The notes beneath the pieces were generated by a model. The model was given only the letters and a program-made list of their open reading frames with translations, made no database searches and was not told the origin of the DNA. A DNA stretch of 64,000 nucleotides, taken from IMG/VR virus record IMGVR_UViG_3300035501_000169, positions 1-64,000 of that record; one strand, written 5' to 3'. Position numbers and translations under genes: made by a program. Shown here one piece after another: positions 29,000-38,710 of this stretch (position 1 is the first letter of the stretch; every line of letters starts with the position of its first letter). Source of the stretch: a virus. Lineage: Duplodnaviria; Caudoviricetes.

Positions 29000-29320
29000 A
29001 TGGCTGAAATAAAAGAAAATAACAGTCTTATGAAAAAGACTAAAGCTCAACTTGTTGAAATTATTCTTAGAAAGGATGATGTTGAGAAAGCTTTAAGAGA
29101 TGAACTTAAAGACAAAACTAAAGAACTTGATAATGTAACAACAGATTATCAAGATATGTGTGATGAATATGCTACAAGTTGTGGTGAAAATCATAACTTA
29201 AAAGCAAATATTGATGAACTTAAAATGATATTCCAAAAGAGGTTAGATAAGGTTAAGATTATTAATTTTGGGCTAATAATTGCTGTTGTAATTTTATTGT
29301 TTTCTGTGTTTGTTAGGTAA
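29000..29320 (+). CDS. Coiled-coil protein with C-terminal TM anchor
   Basis: 106 aa; KKTKAQLVEII start and hydrophobic tail. Confidence 0.75.
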   Translation: MAEIKENNSLMKKTKAQLVEIILRKDDVEKALRDELKDKTKELDNVTTDYQDMCDEYATSCGENHNLKANIDELKMIFQKRLDKVKIINFGLIIAVVILLFSVFVR

Positions 29321-29391
29321 GTTAATGTCAAACGATGTTTGATTCTCGTAATAAATTTTGCACTCCGAAAATATGGTAACACATATTTTGA

Positions 29392-29426
29392 AACTACTAT
29401 TGCTTGTGAAAGTAATAGTAGTTTTT
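29392..29426 (+). terminator. Intrinsic terminator
   Basis: AACTACTATTGCT-TGTGAA-AGTAATAGTAGTT followed by TTT. Confidence 0.7.
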
Positions 29427-29482
29427 ATATTATAATATGGACTAAATTTGGTCTTATTTGATAGTAATTATAGCTTAAATAT

Positions 29483-29570
29483 GGCTAATTTGGTATCATA
29501 TTTGCCTTGTATTCGATTTAGTGTGCAAAGGTTATGACTTGTTAAGTCTTAATTGAAATACGCTTGAAAT
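29483..29570 (+). repeat. Degenerate 87-88 bp intergenic element, copy B
   Basis: GGCTAATTT...CCTTGTATT...ACTTGTTAA...TTGAAAT. Confidence 0.65.
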
Positions 29571-29597
29571 AACACAAAATAAAATTAAATAACTTTT

Positions 29598-29667
29598 GAT
29601 ATATTCGTATTATTGGTAATACACTTGGAAACAAGAGAAGATGGTTCAATTCCATTATATATCACAA
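29598..29667 (+). ncRNA. tRNA-like RNA lacking an anticodon loop
   Basis: 7-bp acceptor GATATAT/ATATATC; D-arm GTAT-TATTGGTA-ATAC; CTTG-GAAA-CAAG in place of the anticodon arm; T-arm GATGG-TTCAATT-CCATT; 3' end ACAA. Confidence 0.75.
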
Positions 29668-29728
29668 TGTATCATAATGGTACAATTAAAACAAATTATA
29701 TTATTAACTTTCAAAATTTTGTTGTAAA

Positions 29729-30016
29729 ATGAGTAAAAATCATGATGAAAACAAAGACATTCGTCTTGTTAGTAGAATTGCTAAAGTAGAGTTCTATGAT
29801 AAGACTATTAAAGCTCCTAAGTCTGCTATTATTGGTAATAAGACTTGGGGTCGTATTGATTATCTTGTTCATTATTGCGGTTGGACATTTATCTGGGATA
29901 ATTCAGTAAATGTTAATCGCAATCGTTTTGTTGATACAGATAACAATACTAAGCATAAGCGAGATGCTAAACAAGCTAAGCTTGATAATACTATGACTAA
30001 AAGTAAGAAACGTTAA
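29729..30016 (+). CDS. Basic hypothetical protein
   Basis: 95-aa ORF (IGNKTWGRIDYL). Confidence 0.75.
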   Translation: MSKNHDENKDIRLVSRIAKVEFYDKTIKAPKSAIIGNKTWGRIDYLVHYCGWTFIWDNSVNVNRNRFVDTDNNTKHKRDAKQAKLDNTMTKSKKR

Positions 30017-30018
30017 GT

Positions 30019-30501
30019 ATGTCACGTGATTTAATATTTACATTTGCAATTAAATCTGCAAGTGTAACTAAAACTAAACGTGAACATAAAAACGAAACTA
30101 AAATTAGTCGTAAGTGTTATGCTGTTGTAATTAAGGATGAAAATGGTGAACTTAAAGCTAGAATTGATACTTTAAAAGAAGCTGTTAATGAGTATATAGT
30201 TCTTCCATTTACTGAAAAAAGTTTAGACCTTAAAGATAAAACCTATGTTTTTCATAAAGATAAAGATAAATACAATCATTATGTTTGTGAAATAAGAGAT
30301 AAACTAACAGCTGCAATTTCTTATGGTTCTAGTAATCGTTATAGTGTATTTCACGAAAATATGCTTATTGCAGGTCACATTGTGCGTAAAAATGGTAAAA
30401 TGTATTTTGACTATGAAACTCTTGTTAAGTATCATTATGATAGTAATGGTACAGTTAATGAAGTTAAAATAGATACAAGTAAACCTCTATTTAAAGAATG
30501 A
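30019..30501 (+). CDS. Hypothetical protein
   Basis: 160 aa, ATGA overlap with the helicase. Confidence 0.75.
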   Translation: MSRDLIFTFAIKSASVTKTKREHKNETKISRKCYAVVIKDENGELKARIDTLKEAVNEYIVLPFTEKSLDLKDKTYVFHKDKDKYNHYVCEIRDKLTAAISYGSSNRYSVFHENMLIAGHIVRKNGKMYFDYETLVKYHYDSNGTVNEVKIDTSKPLFKE

Positions 30502-31967
30502 ATATTACTAATATAAGTCAAGCAAATTGTAAAGACCCTGTTAGTATTTCAGGCTTTACTGATGACCAAAGAAAGGCTTATACATCTTTGATTGAATTTA
30601 TTAATCAACCTTATGATGTAAGTGATTATAAACGAGCCTTAATTGGTGCTGCTGGAACTGGTAAGACTTATTTAGTTAAAGCATTAATTAAAAATTGTGG
30701 TATTAGCTATTCTACAATAGGTCTTGCCGCTCCTACTCACAAAGCGTGTCGTGTATTAGGTGAAAGTGTAGGAATACCTAATGTTAAAATTAATACTCTT
30801 CAATCAGATTTAGGTCTTAGACTTAATTTTGATGTAGATAAATTTGACATTGATAATCCTCCATTTGACCCTAAAGGTAGAATTAAAATTGGAGATTATA
30901 GGTTATATATTGTTGATGAATCTTCTATGATTAATCGTGGACTTGTAATGTTTCTTGAGAAAACTTGTAAGTCTAATAGATGTAAGATTATTTATATTGG
31001 AGATTCTTCTCAATTAGCACCTGTAAATGAAAAATATAGTTCTGCTTTCCGTGGTATTAAAACTTGTTTTCTTAAGCAAGTTGTAAGACAAGGTGATGAT
31101 AATCCTGTGAGTTATCTTTTAGATTTATTGCGTTATGATATAGAACATAAGACTTTTAATTTTCTTAGTTATATAAGTAATAATCGTAGTAGATTTAATG
31201 CAGATAACACAAAAGGTTATTGTGTTTGTACTCCTGTTGAATTTGAAAAAGCAGTATATACTAACTTTAGTGATGAGGAATTGACTAGTAATATAGATTA
31301 TGCTAAAGTTATAGCTTATACTAATAATTCTGTTTCTGCTTGGAATAAATTTATTAGAAATGCTATAATAAAAGATGCAGATAAATCTGTTATTACTAAA
31401 AATGATTTAATCATTAGTTATGTAACTATTGTTAATCAATTCAATGAATGTATCATTAAAAATTCTGAAGAATATATACTAAAAGATGTTGTTAATTATA
31501 CTCATCCTAAGTATAATCTTAAAGGATTTATGGTAAGATTTACAGCTATTCATGGTGGTAGTAATACAACTCCGTTGTTTATTATTGACCATAAAGATAG
31601 ATTTACTATTAATATGTATGTAAAACTTTCTCGTGAAATGATACAATCTGCTAAAGCTGCTAGTCTTAAAATTCGTGCTCAACGTTGGAAAGATTATTTT
31701 ACTTTTAAGGAGTCTTGTTTACTTCTTACTAATATAATGAATCCTACAACTGGTAAAATTGAGTTTAGTAGAGATTTAGATTATGGTTTTAGTCTAACTT
31801 CTCATAAGTCACAAGGTTCTACTTTTGATACTTCTTTAGTTGATGTAAATGATATTGTATTTGATAAATATGGTAATCCTTATACTGATGCTGAAGAAAT
31901 TAATCGTAGATTATATGTAGCTTGTAGTCGTTGTAAAAATAAATTATTTCTTAAATACGGTAAATAA
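30498..31967 (+). CDS. SF1 helicase, Dda/RecD-like
   Basis: GAAGTGKT, APTHKA, VDESSM, GDSSQL, HKSQGST, YVACSR. Confidence 0.9.
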   Translation: MNITNISQANCKDPVSISGFTDDQRKAYTSLIEFINQPYDVSDYKRALIGAAGTGKTYLVKALIKNCGISYSTIGLAAPTHKACRVLGESVGIPNVKINTLQSDLGLRLNFDVDKFDIDNPPFDPKGRIKIGDYRLYIVDESSMINRGLVMFLEKTCKSNRCKIIYIGDSSQLAPVNEKYSSAFRGIKTCFLKQVVRQGDDNPVSYLLDLLRYDIEHKTFNFLSYISNNRSRFNADNTKGYCVCTPVEFEKAVYTNFSDEELTSNIDYAKVIAYTNNSVSAWNKFIRNAIIKDADKSVITKNDLIISYVTIVNQFNECIIKNSEEYILKDVVNYTHPKYNLKGFMVRFTAIHGGSNTTPLFIIDHKDRFTINMYVKLSREMIQSAKAASLKIRAQRWKDYFTFKESCLLLTNIMNPTTGKIEFSRDLDYGFSLTSHKSQGSTFDTSLVDVNDIVFDKYGNPYTDAEEINRRLYVACSRCKNKLFLKYGK

Positions 31968-31985
31968 ATTAAAACAAATTATATT

Positions 31986-32156
31986 ATGAGTAATAAACCT
32001 AAAGACGTAAAACGTCTTACTGAATATTATAAAACTCCTGGTGAAAGAACACATGAGGGTCTTGTTAAATCTGCTTTAGCTGTTGGTTCTAAACGTTATG
32101 GCTATAGCAAACATCAAGGTAGTAAGAAACATAGTACTCTAAAATATTTTAATTAA
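31986..32156 (+). CDS. Small basic protein (56 aa)
   Basis: MSNKPKDVKRL...LKYFN; fills the gap in the operon. Confidence 0.55.
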   Translation: MSNKPKDVKRLTEYYKTPGERTHEGLVKSALAVGSKRYGYSKHQGSKKHSTLKYFN

Positions 32157-32162
32157 AGTGTT

Positions 32163-32456
32163 ATGGAACATCTTAGCGTATCATGTGAAACCGAGTATCA
32201 AGATACTCCTCAAATTGAAAATACTGAACTGAAAGAAAGTAAAGTTTGCAAATGTTGTGGTAAACTTCTTCCTCTGTCTATGTTTAATCGACAAAGTAGA
32301 GGTTATCGTAATACTTGTAAATCTTGTCTTTCTAAAGGTAATACTCGTAGTGAAAAGTTCAAAGATATAGATACTAATGAACTAATCGAAGAACTTAGAC
32401 GTCGTGGTTACAGAGGTAAAATGCGTTATACAGTAGATTACGAAGTAACTATTTAA
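32163..32456 (+). CDS. Zinc-finger protein
   Basis: CKCC...CKSC and LIEELRRRGY. Confidence 0.75.
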   Translation: MEHLSVSCETEYQDTPQIENTELKESKVCKCCGKLLPLSMFNRQSRGYRNTCKSCLSKGNTRSEKFKDIDTNELIEELRRRGYRGKMRYTVDYEVTI

Positions 32457-32457
32457 T

Positions 32458-33006
32458 ATGAGTGTATGTGACGATTGTCCTATACGTCTATTTAATACTA
32501 AGAACTATAATCTACAAGGGGTTGGCAATCCTTATTATGGTAGGTGTATTGTTGTTCCTAATGTAGATTATAGTGCTTATAAAAAAGGTAGTATGGGATT
32601 TAGTTCTCAAGTTGAGATTATACGCGAATTGCTTTCTTCTACGGGGGAGGGCGATAATGTGTTTATTCTTCCGCTTGTTCGATGTAATGAAAGTATTTCA
32701 TGTGAACTTGATAACACCAGTTATGCTAGATGTTTATCTCATTTTAAAAATGATATTGTAAAATATGATTTTAAAGATATATTACTTCTTGGTGATGCTG
32801 GTAGAAGATTTCTCAATTGCGATATTAGAAATAATCTCAATAACTGCATTATTTCTCCTGTTAGAAGAAGATATGTTGTTAATTATTCTCCATTAATTAA
32901 ATATATTGATGAAGATAAATTTAAAACATTTGAATATTATCTTCTAAAATGGTTTAATGCTACTAGAGAACGAAATTATTCAGGTTATAATATAATAAGA
33001 TTATGA
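32458..33006 (+). CDS. Uracil-DNA glycosylase family 4-like protein (divergent)
   Basis: CDDCP...GVGNP...VRC...C...ILLLG; ATGA-coupled to polB. Confidence 0.6.
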   Translation: MSVCDDCPIRLFNTKNYNLQGVGNPYYGRCIVVPNVDYSAYKKGSMGFSSQVEIIRELLSSTGEGDNVFILPLVRCNESISCELDNTSYARCLSHFKNDIVKYDFKDILLLGDAGRRFLNCDIRNNLNNCIISPVRRRYVVNYSPLIKYIDEDKFKTFEYYLLKWFNATRERNYSGYNIIRL

Positions 33007-35330
33007 TTAATTCTCTTGTTGTAGATACAGAAATATTTCCTAATCTTTTTAGTGTTACTTTTATTGACCTAAAAAGTTATTTGAAAATGTTTGCTGATTG
33101 TGTTGATGATAAAGGTAAACCTATACCATTAACTGAATGTCTACCTGTTTGTGAAATAAAATCTCGTCTTGATAATGTTAAATCTGAAGTGTTTTATATT
33201 AGTGATACTGATGATAGTCAATTACTTGAATTAGTATCACGTATAAATGGTATGCAAGCATATTATGAAACTAAAACTACAGATGATGGTAACGTAACTC
33301 AAGTTGCAGTTCGTACTGACTTGTTTGGCTTTAATAATCAAGGATATGATGATTTGATGATTAAAGCTTTTCTTATGATGTTTAATCGTTTTGATACTAC
33401 AAAAGAATTGATAAAATATCTTTATGATACTAATAAGAAAATTATTAGTTTACAAGGAGATAGAGATTCTTTTTATAATGATAAACAACTAGAACTAATA
33501 AGAAATTATAGACTTCCTTATCAAACTGTTGATTTACAACAAGTATATGGTCTTCATTCTGCTGGTGTAAATGTTAACAAAGATACAGGTGAAAGAGTTA
33601 AATTTGGTAAATCTCTTAAACAAACTTCTATTAATCTTAAATGGCATGAACTTTTAGACTTTACTCTTCCTCCTATAGATAAAGAGGAATATGAAGCTTA
33701 TTGGTCTAAACAAGAAAGATTAAGAGGTTTTAGTATTGATGAACTTAATAAACTTGTAACAACTGATTTTGATAGATATATTCTTCCTAAATATATAAAG
33801 CCTATGCTTTATTATAATAAGAATGATGTATTTCTATGTTGTGAAATGGTTCGTCAAAAACCTGATGAGGTTAAACTAAGATATAGTATTTCAGCTGCTT
33901 TTGGAGTTAATGTTCTTTGCAGTGCTAGAGCAAATATTGCTGATAAACTTACAGTTAAGTTTTATTCTGATATGAGTGGTCTTAAACGTGACCAATTTAT
34001 AAAAGGTAGAACTGTTAGAACTAGATTAAGTTTTAATAAGATTATCTTTCCTCATATTAAATTTAAGACTAAACAACTTCAAGATTTTCTTGAAGATATT
34101 AAAAAAGTAAGTATATATAGAACAAGTAAAGACGAATTTGAACGTGAAATAGATTTCTATGGTACTAAATATACCTTAGCAACAGGTGGTATTCATAGTC
34201 AAGACCCTCCTAGAATTTGTATATCTAATGATGAATATGTATATCTTCATCATGACTATACTAGTTATTATCCTAGTATAATGATTAGTTATGGTATTTA
34301 TCCGCAGCATCTTAATAAAACTGCTTTTGTTAAAATGGTTAGTTTTTTAAAAGATACGCGTGTTAAATGTAAACATACAAAAGATAGTGAAGGTTATGTT
34401 ATGAAAGGAGTTCCTAATAAAATAGGAGCTGAAGCTCTTAAAATTGTAATTAATTCTATTTATGGTAAACTTGGTAGTGAATTGTTCTTTCTTTATGATA
34501 GATTTGCTCAAATGCAAGTTACTATTAATGGTCAATTAATGACAATGACTCTAATAGAAGAACTCGAATTAAATGGTATTCATGTGATTAGTGCAAATAC
34601 TGATGGTATTGTAATTAAACTTCCTCGTAACAAATTTGATGTTTATAAGGATATTACAGACCGTTGGAATGAAACTAATAAAATGGGTGCTGATTATGAA
34701 GAGTATGATAGAATCATTAGTAGAGATGTGAATAATTATTTTGATATACAAACTAATGGTGATATAGAATATAAAGGTGCTCTTGACCCTAAACAATATA
34801 TCAAAGACCTTAAGAAAGGTTATGATATGCCTATTGTAGCTAAAGCTGTATTTGAGTTTTTTGTGCATAATACTCCAATTATGGATACTTTGCATAAACA
34901 TACAGATATTCTTGATTTCTGTAAAACTCAAAATGTAGGTAAACAATTTGATGTTGTTTATAATGTTATAGAAGATAGTAATATTAAAACTATAACTAGT
35001 CAAAGACACGTTAGATTTTATGTTTCTCATAAAGGTGTTATTATTCAGAAAAGACAGAAAACTACTGGTAAATGTAGTAAACTTGCCGGTGGTAAAGCTG
35101 TAACTATTCTTAACTCTCTTGATGATGCTCCTATCGAAGAAAGAAATATTAATTATGGTTATTATTATGATGAGTGTTATAAGATTATAAATCCTATTAT
35201 GCATGGTATTTCTCCTAATCAAAAAGGAGATAGACAACGTGGTACTTTAAGTGGAAAAGTTCTACTTAAAAAATTAGGTCAACAATATAACTCTCTTTTT
35301 GATGATGACGACTTTAACAATAAACAATGA
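33003..35330 (+). CDS. polB: Family B DNA polymerase
   Basis: Exonuclease motifs DTE and GFNNQGYD; polymerase motifs DYTSYYPS, KIVINSIYGK, NTDG. Confidence 0.93.
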   Translation: MINSLVVDTEIFPNLFSVTFIDLKSYLKMFADCVDDKGKPIPLTECLPVCEIKSRLDNVKSEVFYISDTDDSQLLELVSRINGMQAYYETKTTDDGNVTQVAVRTDLFGFNNQGYDDLMIKAFLMMFNRFDTTKELIKYLYDTNKKIISLQGDRDSFYNDKQLELIRNYRLPYQTVDLQQVYGLHSAGVNVNKDTGERVKFGKSLKQTSINLKWHELLDFTLPPIDKEEYEAYWSKQERLRGFSIDELNKLVTTDFDRYILPKYIKPMLYYNKNDVFLCCEMVRQKPDEVKLRYSISAAFGVNVLCSARANIADKLTVKFYSDMSGLKRDQFIKGRTVRTRLSFNKIIFPHIKFKTKQLQDFLEDIKKVSIYRTSKDEFEREIDFYGTKYTLATGGIHSQDPPRICISNDEYVYLHHDYTSYYPSIMISYGIYPQHLNKTAFVKMVSFLKDTRVKCKHTKDSEGYVMKGVPNKIGAEALKIVINSIYGKLGSELFFLYDRFAQMQVTINGQLMTMTLIEELELNGIHVISANTDGIVIKLPRNKFDVYKDITDRWNETNKMGADYEEYDRIISRDVNNYFDIQTNGDIEYKGALDPKQYIKDLKKGYDMPIVAKAVFEFFVHNTPIMDTLHKHTDILDFCKTQNVGKQFDVVYNVIEDSNIKTITSQRHVRFYVSHKGVIIQKRQKTTGKCSKLAGGKAVTILNSLDDAPIEERNINYGYYYDECYKIINPIMHGISPNQKGDRQRGTLSGKVLLKKLGQQYNSLFDDDDFNNKQ

Positions 35331-36742
35331 TTGATGCTGGTGAATTATTTATAAATGCTATTGAACATTGGAGAGATGCAAAAGGAAATGGAACTGCTAT
35401 AATTCCTCCTCCTCTCAATGATAAATTAATGGTATTAGGAGTTCTTCAGCGAGTTTATTCTCGTTCTCCTACTTGTAAGACTGTTATTATAACTGAAAAC
35501 TTTGGTGAAAGACAGTCTATAATTGAGTTCTTAACTCAACAAGAAAGTTCAGAAGAAAATAATCAAGAATTTAAGAAACTTCTTGATGATGGGAATATTA
35601 AAGTTTTTACTTCTGATTATGTAAAAAGAAGTAATAATTGGAATATTCCTTTCTTGTGTATTGTGTATCATCCTGAAAGTATTTGTGAGAAGTGGTTTGA
35701 TTATGTTCAATTATGTAAGTTTAAACTTGTTGTATTAAATAAGTTACTTTCTAATATTGAAGATATGACTACTTTATATAAGTCTATTCCGCTTCTTCCA
35801 GATTTTAAACAGAATGAAGTTGAACAAGTTCGTTTGAGCACCCCCGTAGAAGAGTGTTGGATTCCTGTTGAAATACCTCAAGATAGTGAAGATAGAAAAC
35901 TATTAGATTATTATAGTGAATATATCGCTACTAGTCTTACTATCTTTGGTAGTTTTGATGTTATGCAACAAGCTAATATTGGAAATGCTCAACTTAACAT
36001 TTCTTCTAATCAGATATGTAACGAAATTGCACAAGAAAACGGTTGGAACGAACATCTTGATATGAGTATTGAGTTTAATGTTGAAATAGACAAACTTTAT
36101 AATCCTATGAATCTCAAAGAAAGAGCTTCAAAAACATATGAGATTATTAGAAATAGAAGTCAACTTCTATCTGATTATAAAGGAAAACTTGATGCTATAC
36201 TTAAGATTGTTCAAGATAACGCTGATAAGAAGATTCTTATCATTAATAAGCGTGCTGATTTTGCAAGTGAAGTTACTGCTTTTATCAATAATTTATCTGA
36301 ACGTATAATTTGTTTTAACTATCATGATAAAGTTGAAAGTATTCCTGCTGTAGATGTTAATGGAACTCCTATTACATATAAAAGTGGTAGTAAAAAAGGT
36401 CAGCGTAAAATGATGGGTGCTAAAGCACAAAAAACTTATGCTGTTCAGATGTTTAATCTCGATAAGATTAATGTTCTTTCTACAAATAACACTCCTGATA
36501 AAGATTTGAGTATTGATGTAGATGTTGTTATCATTACTTCTCCTCAATGTGAAACAATATCTTCTTATATGTATCGTTTATCTGACGTTTATTTTAGGCA
36601 AAATAAGATAGAATTGTTTTCAATTTATTGTAAGAACACAACAGAACAAAAATTATTGGAGAATAAACAGCTTGCAAATAATCATAATGTTAAAAATAGT
36701 TCTGATGATGAAAATAATTTGGACTTTGTTATTATGGACTAA
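35327..36742 (+). CDS. SF2/SNF2-like helicase homolog, apparently degenerate
   Basis: Helicase C-terminal-like features (KLDAILKI...KKILII, NVLST...DLSIDVDVVII) but no recognisable Walker A or DExD. Confidence 0.55.
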   Translation: MIDAGELFINAIEHWRDAKGNGTAIIPPPLNDKLMVLGVLQRVYSRSPTCKTVIITENFGERQSIIEFLTQQESSEENNQEFKKLLDDGNIKVFTSDYVKRSNNWNIPFLCIVYHPESICEKWFDYVQLCKFKLVVLNKLLSNIEDMTTLYKSIPLLPDFKQNEVEQVRLSTPVEECWIPVEIPQDSEDRKLLDYYSEYIATSLTIFGSFDVMQQANIGNAQLNISSNQICNEIAQENGWNEHLDMSIEFNVEIDKLYNPMNLKERASKTYEIIRNRSQLLSDYKGKLDAILKIVQDNADKKILIINKRADFASEVTAFINNLSERIICFNYHDKVESIPAVDVNGTPITYKSGSKKGQRKMMGAKAQKTYAVQMFNLDKINVLSTNNTPDKDLSIDVDVVIITSPQCETISSYMYRLSDVYFRQNKIELFSIYCKNTTEQKLLENKQLANNHNVKNSSDDENNLDFVIMD

Positions 36743-36753
36743 AAAACATTTTG

Positions 36754-36761
36754 TATATTTG
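36754..36761 (+). promoter_or_regulatory. Promoter -7 box for recT-like gene
   Basis: TATATTTG 34 nt upstream of the start. Confidence 0.55.
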
Positions 36762-36794
36762 TAGTGTTAAATCAAAACAGAGTTCTTTGAAATA

Positions 36795-37724
36795 ATGGAC
36801 AAGCAAACAGAACCAAAAGACGGTGGTAGTAGTCGAACATTGACTACTAGTCATAATGATTCTTCTACTGGTTTACGTGTTCTAAATCTTCTTGATGAAA
36901 AACAACTTGCAAGTGCAGAAGTATTTTTAAAGAAGTTTATGACAAGTGAAAAAGGTGGTATTAAAAGTGTGGCTGATGGCTTAGCTATTCTTACTCGCGC
37001 TCAAGATTTGCAACTTCCTTTTTCTACTTGTATTGAACATATCCATGTTATAAATGGTAAAACTGGTGTTGATATTCATATCGTTAAGTCGTTATTATCA
37101 AGGGCAGGAGTAGTTTGGGAATGCACTAAAGATTATACTCCTCAGTATCAATATACTGATGGTAATACGATTTATCTTGAAACACAACTTCCTGATTATT
37201 GTGTTAAATGTCGTACCGCCAAAGAAGCTACCGAAGCTACAACTGATGATGTTATTGGTGTTTATCCAGTTCGTTGGTATAAAGACCTTAAAGGTAACAT
37301 CTATAACGAACAACAGATTAGCGATAAGTGTGTTAAAGCTATTAACACTCAACAAGCTTTAGCCTTTATTAAAGAAGGTAAATATCCTGTTATTCGTATT
37401 CCTGCTCAACCTGTAGATTATGTTACTGAATATAAGTTTACTCGTTATAAAATGATAAATGGCAAAGAAGTTATTACAACTGCTACTAGTCATTTTTCTT
37501 ATTCAGAAGCGCAATCTGCTGGTTTCTTTGAAAAAGATACTTATAAGAAATATCCTCGTGTTCTTATAGGTCATCGTGCTTTTACTCTCGGTGCTCGTGA
37601 TATAGCCTCTGATGTAATCATGGGTTGTTATGAGATTACTGAACTTAAACTCGTTAACAATATGGATATTGTTGATAGCGATGTAATTCAAGAAACTTCT
37701 TATGAAGAAGTGATTGAACCTTAA
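36795..37724 (+). CDS. recT: RecT/Red-beta-like single-strand annealing protein
   Basis: IHVINGK...FSYSEAQSAG...YKKYPRVLIGHRAFTLGARDIASDVIMG. Confidence 0.75.
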   Translation: MDKQTEPKDGGSSRTLTTSHNDSSTGLRVLNLLDEKQLASAEVFLKKFMTSEKGGIKSVADGLAILTRAQDLQLPFSTCIEHIHVINGKTGVDIHIVKSLLSRAGVVWECTKDYTPQYQYTDGNTIYLETQLPDYCVKCRTAKEATEATTDDVIGVYPVRWYKDLKGNIYNEQQISDKCVKAINTQQALAFIKEGKYPVIRIPAQPVDYVTEYKFTRYKMINGKEVITTATSHFSYSEAQSAGFFEKDTYKKYPRVLIGHRAFTLGARDIASDVIMGCYEITELKLVNNMDIVDSDVIQETSYEEVIEP

Positions 37725-37808
37725 TATCCAAATCAAATTAAAAATAGTGACACTCACTATAATATTTCAAATCAATTTAATTATTAACATTTTAAAAGTT
37801 TTAAAGTT

Positions 37809-38606
37809 ATGAAACTTGGTAACAAACTTTCATTCGGTGTTACAGCTGTACAAGCTGGTCAAAAGTCTTCAACAGTTAATGCTGCTCCTCAGCTCATTGC
37901 TAATTCTACACAAGGTAAATTTGTAGTTACTTCTCCTGTATCTAAAGCTTTGAACATTGCAGTAGGTGAGAACATTATGTTCCTTAACAATATTGCAGGT
38001 GTTGAGATGGCTATTCAGAATCGTGTTGCTGACGTAGTTACTTATGCAGAAGAAAATGGTATCGACCTTACTACTCGTGAAGGTGAAGATGCAGTTCTTG
38101 CTGCTTTGACTCAATGGTTTATCGCTAAAGGTGTTCCTCAATACACTTCTAAAGGTACTCCTGTTTATGCTACAGAACGCTTCACTAAAGAAGATAAAGC
38201 TAAATATCTTGCTGAACACGCTGCTGAAATCGTAGCTGCTAACCGTGATGCTCTTGTTGAACGATTTGGTTCTTTGTCTGATGAAGAACTTGCTGCTCAA
38301 CTTACCATTGATATGGTAGAATCTCCTAAATATCACGCTTGCAGCGGTTCTAAGACTGCTACTACAGCTTCTGCTACTGGTGTAGGTTGTCAACTTAACT
38401 TTACTGATTCTGCTATCTGGGGTGCTCTTAAAGCTGACCTTGGTGAAGAAGCTACTAAGAAGAACCGCATCTTTGATGTACTTCTTGCTGATGCTCAAGA
38501 AGTAGAATATAACAATGGTAAGGAGAATGTTACAATTACTATTCTTCCTATCGAATTTGTTAAAGACGAAGACCCTATTATTCGTGGCAAGAAAGACGCT
38601 GAGTAA
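37809..38606 (+). CDS. Highly expressed hypothetical replication-module protein
   Basis: 265 aa with strongly biased codons; terminator at 38635-38677. Confidence 0.8.
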   Translation: MKLGNKLSFGVTAVQAGQKSSTVNAAPQLIANSTQGKFVVTSPVSKALNIAVGENIMFLNNIAGVEMAIQNRVADVVTYAEENGIDLTTREGEDAVLAALTQWFIAKGVPQYTSKGTPVYATERFTKEDKAKYLAEHAAEIVAANRDALVERFGSLSDEELAAQLTIDMVESPKYHACSGSKTATTASATGVGCQLNFTDSAIWGALKADLGEEATKKNRIFDVLLADAQEVEYNNGKENVTITILPIEFVKDEDPIIRGKKDAE

Positions 38607-38710
38607 TTATAGCTTGTCCATCAATTAAACGTCGTAGTGGCGGATAGTCCATAGCGATTATCCGCCACTATTATTTTAATATTCATGTTAAATAAAAACT
38701 TAATTAAGTT

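Noticed and set aside
29598-29667. Canonical tRNA-Phe (GAA in the loop)
   Set aside because: The loop is 4 nt on a 4-bp stem and cannot form a 7-nt anticodon loop; reported as tRNA-like instead.
18287-35330. Introns or inteins in terL, MCP or polB
   Set aside because: The genes are uninterrupted, of ordinary length, and show no intein or homing-endonuclease motifs.
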